A model generated the notes under the pieces. The model searched no databases, was not told the origin of the DNA, and saw only the letters and a program-made list of their open reading frames with translations. A stretch of 64,000 nucleotides of DNA, from the NCBI GenBank assembly GCA_021613535.1, contig CP075494.1, positions 12,090,001 through 12,154,000 on the forward strand, given 5' to 3'. Each line of letters starts with the position of its first letter. Within the stretch, counting starts at the first letter, position 1. The translations under genes were made by a program, and so were the position numbers. Shown here one piece after another: positions 15,427 to 27,388 of this stretch. Origin of the DNA: Adineta vaga (lineage: Eukaryota; Animalia; Rotifera).

Positions 15427-18400
15427 ATATGCTTCCGGTACTCGTCGTTCTGCACATAAACAGTACGAAAAAAAAAAGAAAGATACTAATAGAAAGCAAA
15501 GAAAAGAAAAAAAATGAATTGAGATCGAATTACATTCTATTGAACACTTGGTGAGATGAGGTAAACAGCTTGAACGAAAGCAATTGTTACACTTATTTGA
15601 TTGAGTTTTACATACATACTATACTGTTTCATTGAAAAAGACTAAAATGTATTCAGAAGGTATTAATTATTTAATGTAGAAAAAGAAAACAGTTTAACCA
15701 TGTTATTTTTCTGTTCTTTAGCATCAATTCGAACACCAACAGGACGAATTCATACACCACTTATTGAAGATAATCACGATGGAACTGTCTCAATTAAATA
15801 TCAACCATCAGAAATTGGTCTACATGAATTAGATGTTTATTATCAAGGTCAACCTATTGCTGGTTCACCATTTAAATTTCATGTTGATCAAGTTCAAACA
15901 GGTTATGTCACTGCATATGGACCTGGTCTTAGTCATGGTGTTTGTAATGAACCATGTAGTTTTCGTATTATTACAAAAGATGCTGGTTCTGGTGGTCTTT
16001 CAGTTGCAGTTGAAGGAAGTTCAAAAGCTGAAATTCAATGTAAAGATAATAAAGATGGTACATGCGATGTGACTTATTGGCCAGTAAGTAAAATTTCATT
16101 TGACTTTTTCATATTTGTTTTGTATGTTTTTTCTAGACTGCGCCAGGTGAATACACTATTACAGTTAAATTTGCTGATAAAAATATTGTTGGTTCACCAT
16201 TTACGGCTAAAATAACTGGTCCACCTTCATCAATGGATCAATATAAACGTTCTCAAGTTACTCTTGGTAATCAAAGTGAATTTAGTTTACGTGTTACTGA
16301 AATGGATATTCATGATTTACATGCAACTATACGTTCACCAAGTGGTTTTGAAGAACCATGTATATTAAAAAAATTAGCAAATGGAAGTTTGGGTATATCA
16401 TTCGTTCCTCGAGAGATTGGAGATCATTTAGTCAATGTTTATCGAGATGGTCAACATATTAAAAATAGTCCATTTCGTATTCATGTTGGTTCATCGGAAA
16501 TTGGCGATGCTAGTAAAGTTCGAGTATTTGGACGTGGTTTACAAGAAGGTAAAGAAAAAGGATAGAATTCAAAAGGAAATTGTATCGTATTATCTTAGGT
16601 TATGCATACCAAACAAATGACTTTACTGTTGTTACACGTGATGCCGGTAAATGAGAATCTTAGATTGAGAATCGTTTTTCTATATTTTCATTTTCTTTTT
16701 CTTCAGGTTACGGTGGTTTATCACTTTCAATTGAAGGTCCATCGAAAGCTGATATTGAATGTCATGATAATGAAGATGGTTCATGTCTTGTTACCTATAA
16801 ACCAACTGAACCTGGACTCTATATAGTCAATGTTAAATTTGCTGATAAACACGTACCAGGTTTGTACTCATTCTTCCTTGAAAAATTCTTTCATAATGGT
16901 TGATCAAATTACTCTGTTGTCATTTTATTATCGTCTATATTAAAAAAATTGATTTTGATTGATTCGTTTCGAATACATCAATAATCTAATTGTATAATTT
17001 CCCTCTTATTAATTTTTTCTAGGTAGTCCATTTACAGTTAATGTTGGCGGTCAAGGATCCAGTCGATTGAAAGAAAGTATTTTACGCGAACGTCGTGCTG
17101 TAGATGTAACACATATTGGTAGTCAATGCGAATTATCACTAAAGATTCCTGGTATGTATTGTATCTATTCTAGTTATTCTTTTTTTGTCATGGACTATGT
17201 GCTCTATAAACAACAAATGTCGGAGGAGGAAAATGACGAAAAGGAAAAGAATAAAATTGCCTGAATAGTTCTATCTGTTTGTCTGTCTATATATGTCTAA
17301 AACGTTTGTTATCAGTAGTTTCTTCAACGACATCGTTAACAATATTATCTTTGATGATGATGATGGTAGAATCCTTCTGATAGACGAGTTTTGTCAATTG
17401 ACATCAGCATAAAATATATGTAGGAGGAGTAGGATGACGACGACAACGATAGAAAAAGGAAACGTAGAAAAATTTTCTATGTATCATCAACTATCGTTTG
17501 TGGTGCGGATGATTAGGATAAATCTATGTTTATTTCGGTGTCCATGCTAAGACAACTGCGAGTGTTATCATAGGGGAGAAAAGAGAAATAGACACGTACA
17601 TATACATATATATCAACAAAAGAAGAAAACCACTAGATACCAGATAGTTGTTGCTCGAAGAAACAATGTATCCAGGGAATAATCTACAAACAAGCACAAG
17701 TGGTGAACGTCGTTCATCATATCAACATTATGCAATGTCACAAGTAAATAATGAAAAGCCTGTTGTACATCGTGAACAAGAAGAACAAGTACAATCATGG
17801 GGACACCCATCATCATCAGTATCATCCTATCAACCACAGAGTATTGATATGGAAAGAAATGTTTCTCATGGAAATCACTTGACTTCGAGTTCATCATCAC
17901 TATTTGATCGTCATAACACTGCTATCAATGAGAATACTAGCGGAATGGGTAATGCTAATTATCAACAACAACAACTATATTCAAATCAATATCAAAGTGT
18001 TGGACAAGCTGGACTACCACCTAAAGCAACACATGCACTTCGACAAAATCAGAATCAACACCAACATTATCAACAACAGCAACAACAGCAACAACAACAA
18101 CAACAACAACTTTCGAATACATCTTCCTCATATTCAAGAGTTAGTAATATGAGTAACGTTCAACAACAACAACAATCTGGATCTCACCATATTCATGAAG
18201 TACCCCATTTTCATGGATTTCGATTCCAAGCCCTACCAGGTTTCATTTTTGCGCTAGAGAAAAACGAATTTTAGATAAATATTTTAATAAACTTCTATGC
18301 AAACTAAATCTTCTGGTTTTAATTTCAGGCACGTCACCATTTGATATGAGCGCATATGTTACAAGTCCATCTGGCCATTTGGAAAATTGCGAGATTGTGT

Positions 18401-20487
18401 AAGTTTTGGTTTTTATTTTAAGATCTAAGAATCGAATCGTAGGGTTAGTGAGTCCAAAAGAAAAGCTTTTATACTTGTCATATTGTTACTTTCCTATCTG
18501 AATTTGATCGATGCCTCTGTTGATAACATTTACATACGAATTGTTATTCTCTAACCATTATAAACATTTTAACAAATTTAATTATGCTAAAAATGTCTTT
18601 TTGGTTTTTGTTTGTAGTGATCTCGATGACTGCAATTATTCAATTAAATTTATCCCAAAAGAAATGGGTGTTCATACAGTCAGTGTTAAACATAAGGATA
18701 TGCATATCCCAGGCAGTCCTTTTGGTAAATTAAATCGTTTTGTTTATATTTTATCTTCATATTGATAAAAATGTTTTCTATAGAATTCACTGTTGGTCCA
18801 ATTCAAGGTGGAGGTGCTCATAAAGTTCGTGCTAGTGGTAATGGTCTTGCTCGTGGAGAAGTTAATTCAACTAGTGAGAAATAATCGTTGTTTTTCAAAT
18901 AATAATCTACAACTAGTTGATCTCTTTTCCTAGATGAATTTAATATTTATACACGTGAAGCAGGCGCTGGTGGTCTCGCTATTGCAATTGAAGGACCAGC
19001 CAAAGCTGAAATTGACTTTTTCGATCGTAAAGATGGTTCATGCGGAGTCTCCTATGTATGTCCTGAACCAGGTGAATATCAAGTATCAATCAAATTCAAT
19101 GATGAACATATCCCAGATTCACCATTTAATGTTCTTATCGGTTCACCATTTGGTGATGCGAAAAAATTAACAATTCACAGTCTACAAACAAAAGGTCATG
19201 AAGTTAATCGACCATGTATGTTCACTGTTAATGTTAATGGTGCACGTGGAAGACTTGATGCTCGAGTAACAGCACCAAGCGGAGCTGAAGATACATGTAT
19301 TGTACAAGAAATGGGTGATGGTAGGAAAAAAATAAATACATTCTTTTCCTTCATGTTGAAAACATTTCTGTCTTCTTCTTCTGTGTAGAACATTATGCTA
19401 TTCGTTTTGTACCACGAGAAAATGGTGTTCATTGGGTACATGTTCGTTTTAATGGACGGGATATACCTGATTCACCATTTCGTGTCGTTGTTGGTCATGC
19501 TAATGCTGATCCTGGTCGAGTATTTGCATCAGGTTCTGGATTATATCAAGGAGAAACTGGTAATTAAAAGCGAACAAAATGAAAGAACATTCTAAAAAAT
19601 ATTTCATTTATTTCAGGTCATCCATGTGAATTTTTAATTGATACAATGAATGCAGGTGCTGGTGCATTAGCAGTGACTGTTGATGGACCATCTAAAGTTC
19701 AACTTGATTGTCGAGAAGTTGCTGAAGGTAAATAGCTATCGTTAGTTGAAAGATCAAGTTTCATATGCATTATTCATTATGAACAGGTTATCGTGTCAGT
19801 TTTACACCAACAGCACCCGGAGATTATCTTATTACGATCAAATTTGCTGGAATTAATATTGCTGGAAGTCCATTCAAATGTCTTGTCGGAGGTAGTTTCT
19901 TTTCTGATATGAATATTGAACAAATTCTATCGTTTTTTTTTAATAGGTGTTGGTTTCAATACCAATCGTGGTATTGGTTCATTAAGCACCTCCTCATCGT
20001 ATGTTCAACGCTCACAAGGTCATACAAAATATGATACTGTCGAACAATCATCATCTTTTGTCTCCAATTCACGAAATAATTATGCAGTTGTTGATGCAAG
20101 TCGTGTACGAGCACAAGGAGAAGGTTTATCAAGAGCCTATCGAAATGAAAAAGCATCATTTACCGTAGATACACGCGATAGTGGTAAGATATTAAAAAAA
20201 AAGAAAGCTTTGTTTGAAAATTTTCATATTGATTTTTGTTTTAAAAGGAAATGCTATGTTGATGGTAGGTGTCTTTGGTCCGAAATATCCATGTGAAGAA
20301 GTTTTTGTTAAACATATTGGAAATAATCAGTATAATGTTCAATATGTATGTTTTATCTTGGAGATTTTTCTTTGAAATTATATTTGATCTGTTTTAGACT
20401 GTTCGAGAAAAAGGTGAATATATGTTGGTTGTTAAATGGGGCGATCAACATATTCCAGGTTCTCCATGGCATATTGAAGTTGTTTAA
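6054..20487 (+). CDS. FLN: Filamin (cheerio/FLNA-like): two CH actin-binding domains, 22 Ig-like filamin repeats, two hinges; many exons
   Basis: ATG 6054 (MYNQSANG...) splices 6183/6269 into [18 protein letters not shown] and [17 protein letters not shown]. Recurrent VRAYGPGL / DNxDGT / HIPGSPF motifs, 22 repeats counted by hand. Ends GSPWHIEVV* at 20487. Confidence 0.98.
14209..14223 (+). other. Candidate 15-nt filamin hinge micro-exon (PFPLM)
   Basis: TACTAAC at 14193-14199, then TTTAG acceptor and ATG/GTAGGC donor. Phase 0-0, no stop. Confidence 0.4.
14346..14363 (+). other. Candidate 18-nt filamin hinge micro-exon (GATEVW)
   Basis: Pyrimidine tract + CATAG acceptor and TGG/GTATGA donor. 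GC-rich against the intron background. Phase 0-0, matching the flanking junctions at 14116 and 14695. Confidence 0.7.
15647..15659 (+). CDS. Candidate alternative first coding exon of a short FLN90-like filamin isoform ([12 protein letters not shown]...)
   Basis: AAA ATG TAT TCA GAA G/GTATTA. The 62-nt intron to the acceptor at 15721 is typical for this genome, and phase 1 matches. Confidence 0.6.
17666..18239 (+). CDS. Alternative first exon of the shortest filamin isoform; Q/N/S-rich low-complexity N-terminus
   Basis: 191-codon ORF inside a 1.18-kb intron, with in-frame TAG upstream at 17645. CCAG/GTTTCA donor at 18240 is phase 1, matching the acceptor at 18328. Confidence 0.8.
18071..18109 (+). 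repeat. CAA/CAG repeat encoding Q13
   Basis: Read directly from the sequence. Confidence 0.95.
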
Positions 20488-21467
20488 ACAAATAAATACA
20501 ATCGAACAAAAAAGAATTCTGAATGAAAAAAAAGAAATTCATCTTTTTATTTATATGCATATATGCTAGAGAATTTTTTTATATATTTTCTTCTTTTTTT
20601 TCTCATTACGAGTAGTTTTGTTATACTCTATTGTGTGTGCACGCATGCTCAAACTACTCATTTTGTCTTTTTTTTTATTAGTCAAGGTGCTATGATGTGT
20701 GAAATGAGTTAGAGAAGAACAACAAAATCAATCAGAAAAACTTCTCGTTTCTCTACATCTAATTGTTTGGTCATCCTTTTTCTAGTTGGTCGAAATTCTT
20801 TCTCTCTCTCTCACTCTTCTCTGTTTGTTTTTCTATTATAAAAATCATTTGTTCTATATATAGATTTGCAAGAAAAGACTAATACCTTTATCCCTCAAGA
20901 TTTGCTTTGTCCGTTTTGTGTTATTTCATGTTTTCTTTTTCATACGTATTTTTTTTCTATAAAAGAGATTTTTATGAAGAAGTCGAGAAATCTCTCTCGA
21001 GAAGACGAGCTTGTTTTTCTCAAGCACTACTCTCTCTCTCTCTGTTCGATCAATATTTCGATTGATTTATTTGACAGATATTTCTTCTCTTGAGTATATT
21101 TATTCCTTTGATGGCTGAATGCACTCATGGTAATCTTGAGGGAGAATTCACAAAATAAGACTAAACCTAGTGACTTATTATACTGATGAGAAATAAAATA
21201 GAAAAATCATTCTCAATGTAATAAAGGATGTTGCCGAAGTTTTTCTTTATCTTCCTATCTTATCTTTCTTCCGGCTTAGCATATTGACGAAGATTGAATT
21301 CCATGAGTTTTTCCAATTCTGTCATTTCTTGTTTTCTTCGAAGAGAAACCATAGAAAACTCAGAATGTTCACATTTATATTCCAGCTGCTCATCTTTCTC
21401 CTCTCTAATCATATATAACTATTCGTATTACTGTTGTTTCTCCAAGAATCTCTTCACTGATCTTCTA

Positions 21468-22214
21468 ATGCATTCATCACGAGTGTTTCAACGTTTAACC
21501 GAACGTTCTGATTCAATATCTCCAACATCTTCATGTCCATCTACACCACCTTCATCAAAAACATGGTCGGAACCACCACAGATTGATTTCTGTGTAATGA
21601 AGAATGAACATCGTGAAAAAGTCTTTGAACTTGTTCTGGACACTTTCTTTCGTGATGAACCATTAAATCATTGTCTAGCTTTTGATTTACCTACGGAACC
21701 AATTGAATTTGCTGAACTTGTTATAACAATTGCACTCGAGGATCAATGTTCATTTGTTGCTATTGATGTTCAAACACAAAAAATAATCGGTGTTATTCTC
21801 AATATTATCAAATCTCGTTCACAAAATTCCGATAGATTTCATGTAAATAATTTTCAATCGGAAAAATTACGTTTTATTTTGAATATTCTTCAATATGCTC
21901 ATGGTACAATTGATTTATTTGAACAAATGAATACAGATCGTTTATTACATATTGTCATAATTGCTATCGATGCCCATTATCGTGGTTTACGATTAACAGA
22001 AAAACTGATTCATGCGAGTTTAGAACGAGCTAAAACAGAATTACATCTTCATGGTGCTTTTTCTGAAGCAACAAGTCTTTATTCAGCTAAAGCTTTTCGT
22101 AAACAAGGTTTTCAAGTCTATAATGAAATCATTTACATAAAATATGATGCGATTCGTTTAGCTAATTTAGCTGGAGAACATGATCGTTGTCAATTGCTTG
22201 CTAAACAATTATAA
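21468..22214 (+). CDS. GNAT acetyltransferase, insect-type arylalkylamine/dopamine N-acetyltransferase-like; intronless
   Basis: FFRDEPLN, FVAID...IIGVILN, AIDAHYRGLRL (acetyl-CoA motif A), SEATSLYSAKAFRKQGF. Confidence 0.88.
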   Translation: MHSSRVFQRLTERSDSISPTSSCPSTPPSSKTWSEPPQIDFCVMKNEHREKVFELVLDTFFRDEPLNHCLAFDLPTEPIEFAELVITIALEDQCSFVAIDVQTQKIIGVILNIIKSRSQNSDRFHVNNFQSEKLRFILNILQYAHGTIDLFEQMNTDRLLHIVIIAIDAHYRGLRLTEKLIHASLERAKTELHLHGAFSEATSLYSAKAFRKQGFQVYNEIIYIKYDAIRLANLAGEHDRCQLLAKQL

Positions 22215-22493
22215 GTTTTTCTTTTCTGTTTATATATATATACATACAAAATGTATAAATGTATTGTCGATTTTTTTCGTTTTCTTCTGTTCTATACTAT
22301 TAAAATAAGAAAGTATACTCGCCCATAACGTCAGTTTCGGTTGAACGATTTACTCTTTTATTCTGTACGATAAAAGAAAAAAAGAAACGTATACACTGAT
22401 GTCGATGTATATACATGTAATATAAAAAAATTACAGAGGTAGTAAAAGAAAAATTTGTTTTCAGTTAGATGTTTACAAAATTATCGAATAGCA

Positions 22494-23291
22494 ATGGATA
22501 ATTCTCAACACATAATGCCTTTTAAAGAAAAAATTTTACATCTTGATACAGTTAATCAAAAAGAATTTCAACGTTTACGACGTATTGCATTTTGGTCATG
22601 TATTATTTCATTTGTGGTTGATATTGCACTTGGTTTAACAGCATTTATTAATTGTATACGTACAGAATCATTTGTTGGCTTTTCATATTCTGTACATACA
22701 TTTATGGATTCACTATGTACAAGTTTTGTTTCATGGCATTTACGAGGAATGACAATATCTGATAGTCAACGTCGTGATACATTAGCTTGTTGTGTTATTG
22801 GTGCTTTATTTATTGGATCATTTCTTGCTATTGAAAGTCGTGCTATACAAAGTATGATATCACCACCAACTGTACGACCAGATTTGACTGTAGTAATCTA
22901 TTCATTTATTCATATTATTGTCTTTACAATCTTATCAATTATTAAAATTCGTATTAGTAAACGAATTCGGTCGAAATCATTGAAATTTGATACATTAAAT
23001 TCTATTATTGGTATTATTATGGTTTTACCATTGATTGTTTGGGATCGTGTTGTATTTATTAACAAATTTACACATTTAGATGATCTTATTCAAGCATTAA
23101 TGGCATTATTTTTATTTCTTGCAGGTGGAAAATTAATCTTAGATTCACTAACAATAATGAATACAGAATATGCCCGTAAAATACGAGAAGAAAAATTGAA
23201 AAAAATGTTGAAAGAAAGTGATGATGATGATGATAATAATAATATAGTGATGGGCGGTATTAATGGTAATAATCATGTTATTGGCACATAA
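22494..23291 (+). CDS. TMEM163: TMEM163-like cation (Zn) diffusion facilitator, about 6 TM segments; intronless CDS
   Basis: RRIAFWSCIISFVVDIALG, HTFMD, RDTLACCVIGALF, SLKFDTLNS and HLDDLI match recalled TMEM163 blocks. Confidence 0.75.
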   Translation: MDNSQHIMPFKEKILHLDTVNQKEFQRLRRIAFWSCIISFVVDIALGLTAFINCIRTESFVGFSYSVHTFMDSLCTSFVSWHLRGMTISDSQRRDTLACCVIGALFIGSFLAIESRAIQSMISPPTVRPDLTVVIYSFIHIIVFTILSIIKIRISKRIRSKSLKFDTLNSIIGIIMVLPLIVWDRVVFINKFTHLDDLIQALMALFLFLAGGKLILDSLTIMNTEYARKIREEKLKKMLKESDDDDDNNNIVMGGINGNNHVIGT

Positions 23292-23937
23292 CAAATTGTT
23301 CTTGTTTGAAGTATTTAACTTCAGAATGAATTTTTTCAAGCGTACAAATAGATTGTCTTTCTTGTGCTTAAATAAATATTCATCTAGGTACTGATTAGAA
23401 CGTTTCCTTTTGTTTCATGTGAAAAAGAAAAAAACTAGTTTACTTTGTCATTTATTTATCTATCTATTCGCGAATAAACTCGCTAATCGAGATTATCTTT
23501 ATCTTTTATTTGTGCATGTTGCTATTGAAATTTTGAAAGATATAAATTAATTCTCCGAAGAGATATCTTTCATGATGAAATTTCATTCTAGCAAAGATAT
23601 GTAAAATAATCAAAGAAAACCTTTGATTTAGAATATCTTCATGATTATATTCGAAGAAAATACTAAGGTTTTATTTATTGAATAGAATAAAACCTACTCT
23701 AATCTTCGATCTAGTTTCGTACTTGAACAAAATATATATGAAATGAATGAAAAACTATAAGAAATAAACAAATCGTTATATAGTGGAGTCTCAAGATATT
23801 TAAATAGTTATAAATAATAACAATAGATGGCATTGAAGGATTGTTATCATTTTCGATTGGTCTCTTATTCGTTCGATTTTTAAAACAAACGAAACGAATC
23901 GAACATATAAAATAATATTTGTTTATATCTATATGAA

Positions 23938-26369
23938 ATGGAAAACGAAATTGATGAAGATGAATTAGCAGCAATACTTGCCGAAGATGATCAACAAGAA
24001 GAAATTGAAGAAATTCTACATGAACAATCAACATCAAATGTATCATTTGCTAAACAAGCAGATCGAATGACACCAGATCAATTGATTGAATTAACATACT
24101 CACTAGTAGATATATCACTACCAACAACAACAGCAACAACAACAGAAAAACTTTCGACGTATAAACTCTCGGATAAAGATATGGGAGAATTATTTGAAAG
24201 CAAGAAAACAAGCAAGTATGATCATAACTAAATATTTCTATTCCCAAATCTGTTCATAAATCCTATTACAAATATAACATTGGATCCGCCATGCATTGTA
24301 AATTTTCAGAATATTCACAAATACTTCTATTGACAAAGAATAATTCATTGAAGCAATCTATTTCTTTCAGTTCAACACAACCAACGAAAAAATCGATATC
24401 TTCTACGCTTTCAACAGGGTTAACAACTCAATCAACAATTACACCTTCGGTTTACATCGATCCAACAACTCATATTCGTATTGGTACATTGAATTACACA
24501 CCGGCAGAAATCAAAACGAAATTAACATCAACAAAATTTATACGTTTATCTGAAATCGACAAACAACCACCACCTATGCCTTCTGAATGGTGTACCATGG
24601 CTGTATTAGCTCATAAATCCGATGTTAAACAAGCAAGTAATGGTTCAACTTATAGTATTTGGCGTATAACAGATTTCAAAGTTACAATCAATATGTTTCT
24701 ATTTGGTGATGCACATCAATCATTATGGAAAACCACATTATCAAGTGTTATACTGATATATGACGGTGACACAAAAAAACCGGGTCAATTATCAATTAAA
24801 CATGAACGAAATCTTTGTAATCTTGGTTCAAATCCTGATTTAGGTCAATGTAAAGCGAAAACAAAATCCGGTGAGCAATGTAAAATCTTAATCGATCGAC
24901 ATTCCTGTGAATATTGTGTGACACATGCACATCAAATACATAAAAGTGGTCAACGAAACAATAATAACAATAATAATAACAAATTTAATGCAGGAAATAT
25001 GTCAAGAATGAATTTACAAAGTACTGGTTCATATGTACCACAAAAATTTGCTTCGATTGGTAGTGCTACCGGAGGTGGTGGATCGTCATGGTCAAGAAAT
25101 TCACCAAAAACAATGGTTAAGAAAACGAATGATTCGGCGAAAACAAATGGAAATGAACTTAATAATAAAGAAAAATCTATGCTTGTGATGTTAGGTATTG
25201 AAGATGATCCATTAGTATGTGTTCGAAGTCAAGATGCTAAAGGTTATTAAAGATATAAGCTGTGCTTCATATGATTTTTTTGTATTTCTTTTTGATTTTA
25301 GGTTTAAGTGATTCGATGGCTGATATTCGTGAACTCTATCATGCTAAACAAGCAGCGGGTAAACTTAAAAGAGTTACGTATGATGAAACAAAACATCGAG
25401 ATGAAGTGGATACTTCCAAACAAATACGATCGTATCCAATGCCGGCAGAAGAAACGCTACCATCTGAACAACAAAAACCAGATTTATCAAAAATTCTTCC
25501 TTTAAAACCAACGAATTCAACAGCTATTAGTAAGAAAAGTAAGTAATCGTTGACTAAAACTTTAGATATTAATTCATTCAATTGCGAAAATAAGTTTCTC
25601 AAGTTTAAATGAATCGATGTATTTGTATTTGATTTCTATTTTAGCATCTTTACCAAAACAATTTGTCGATTTAACGAAAACGGCCAGTTCTGACGCAATC
25701 AACAGTGCTAAACAACGTGCAATTGATATACTCAAACAACGTCTTGCTCAAAAACAAGTAGCACCAAACAAAGGTCAATCTTTAATTTCTGCTGATCTAA
25801 CATCTCCTTCATCTAAACGTTCAATTATTGATTCTGATACGAGTAATCTCTCACCAAAACGTTTAAAAGTATCGAATACGGATGATTCAATTGATTCCAA
25901 ACAACGTTTTACTGATATTATGAATATGAAATCATCACATGCTGATCTTTATAGTCAAATGACACTGGATGAAATCTTCGAACGTTATAAGAAAAAAGAA
26001 AATATTGAAGAGAAACTTCTTCAAGTTATGGAACGTGATATAAAAGTTGTTGTTTGTCGACAATGTCATTATACTTCCTATAAACAATCGGTATTATGTA
26101 AGCAAAAACAACATTATGTAAAAATTTGTGAAGTCAAGCAGAAATTTTTCGAATGTATCGAATGTCATAAACGTATCTTCACTTGGTCACAATATCCAGT
26201 GGAAAATTGTACAAATTGTCATAGTTTAAAAGGTTTTCGTCGTACAGCTTTGATTCGCGAACGACATGGTGCAAAATTTGATGATGAAATTCTAGTATTA
26301 CGTGGTGAAGAAGAAAAATTTCTTAATTCATTTGCTAGTTATGAAAAATTACCTTCTGTTATTGATTAA
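23938..26369 (+). CDS. MCM10: DNA replication factor MCM10 (4 exons)
   Basis: OB fold (WCTMAVL...YSIWRITD...FLFG), CCCH finger (LGQCKAKTKSGEQC...CEYCVTH), C-terminal Zn domain ending LRGEEEKFLNS. Introns near 24216-24370, 25243-25301 and 25539-25643. Confidence 0.95.
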
Positions 26370-26792
26370 ATTATGAAAATTTCTCCTTATCTATTCTTTA
26401 TATGATATAATCATATACATATATATCTCTATATGAAATTCTTTATCTGTTTAAGATCTCATCTCGAGAATAATTACTCGTTATTCGAACTTAAACAAAA
26501 GGAATTTCACTCATGATCAATACAATGTTTTTTATCCACTCAAAGTTGATAACGGTAAAGTGTTCTTAAGTGAAGTTCAACAGCAATCTTTTTCTATATT
26601 TGGAAAAAAAACAGAATTCAATTTTCCAAGCAGTAAGAATGAATTAATCATAGCATGAAATCTTATTCCTAGAATTTCGTTCATTATTCATTATCTCAAA
26701 TAAAAATCTCGTAATGATCTTATTTTTAGTTAAACCTTTTCTCAATTTATTAAAAAATATGAAAAAAAACCCTATCTTCAACAGATATATTC

Positions 26793-27388
26793 TCAATGAT
26801 AAACATACTTTGAATATGACAAATCATTGATACAGTTTGTTAGTAACAAAGTAATTAGAATTGTTAAGAGTGATGAACTGAAGATTTGTGCACGGTTACA
26901 TCCATCACTTGAACAAAGTGACATATAGCCTTGTAAACGAATTGTACCAGTCATGGATTGAAAACCTTTCAAACGAAAATTACCCGATGTTTCTAAAGAT
27001 TTAGTTGAATCCATAATATTATCTACCAAACAAGTACGATAATAAATAATCGTATTTAAATACGATGCATTTGCATTGCTATCAACACTCGTAACACGAC
27101 CGGTTATCTTCACACAAAATCGTGCCGGAAATGTTCCATTTTTACCTACAGATGTTGCCTAAATCAAGTATAGTATTCGTTTCTTTTTTATTTGAAAATA
27201 TCTACCTGACAATCCAATTGAATAGGATTAAGTAATGCTGAAAATGGATCTTGACATGCATCATTATTTGAGTCTGTAGTCATACATTTATAACACGATA
27301 AACCTTGACCGGATAATGGTCTAATAAGAATGCAAGATTGTAAGAGAATTCCGACAAAATATTTGTTAATATAATCATTTAATTGCAT
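26793..27388 (-). CDS. Ly6/uPAR three-finger (quiver/sleepless-like) GPI-anchored protein
   Basis: Signal peptide, LSCYKC...ACQDPF...FCVK...RTC...CSSDGCN, hydrophobic tail. Intron 27159-27205. Confidence 0.85.

Noticed and set aside
19040-19075. Conserved filamin Q/R A-to-I recoding site (vertebrate VVQEPG)
   Set aside because: The equivalent position reads VCPEPG (CCT), and there is no adjacent intron to form the editing duplex.
21294-21467. 58-aa N-terminal extension of the AANAT ORF
   Set aside because: It starts at TTG and has UTR-like composition. The first ATG consistent with the protein is 21468.
22215-22493. Possible AANAT-TMEM163 operon
   Set aside because: The TTTTCAG acceptor at 22464 has a plausible cis donor near 22389 and an Inr-like TCAGTT at 22331, so an ordinary 5' UTR intron explains it.
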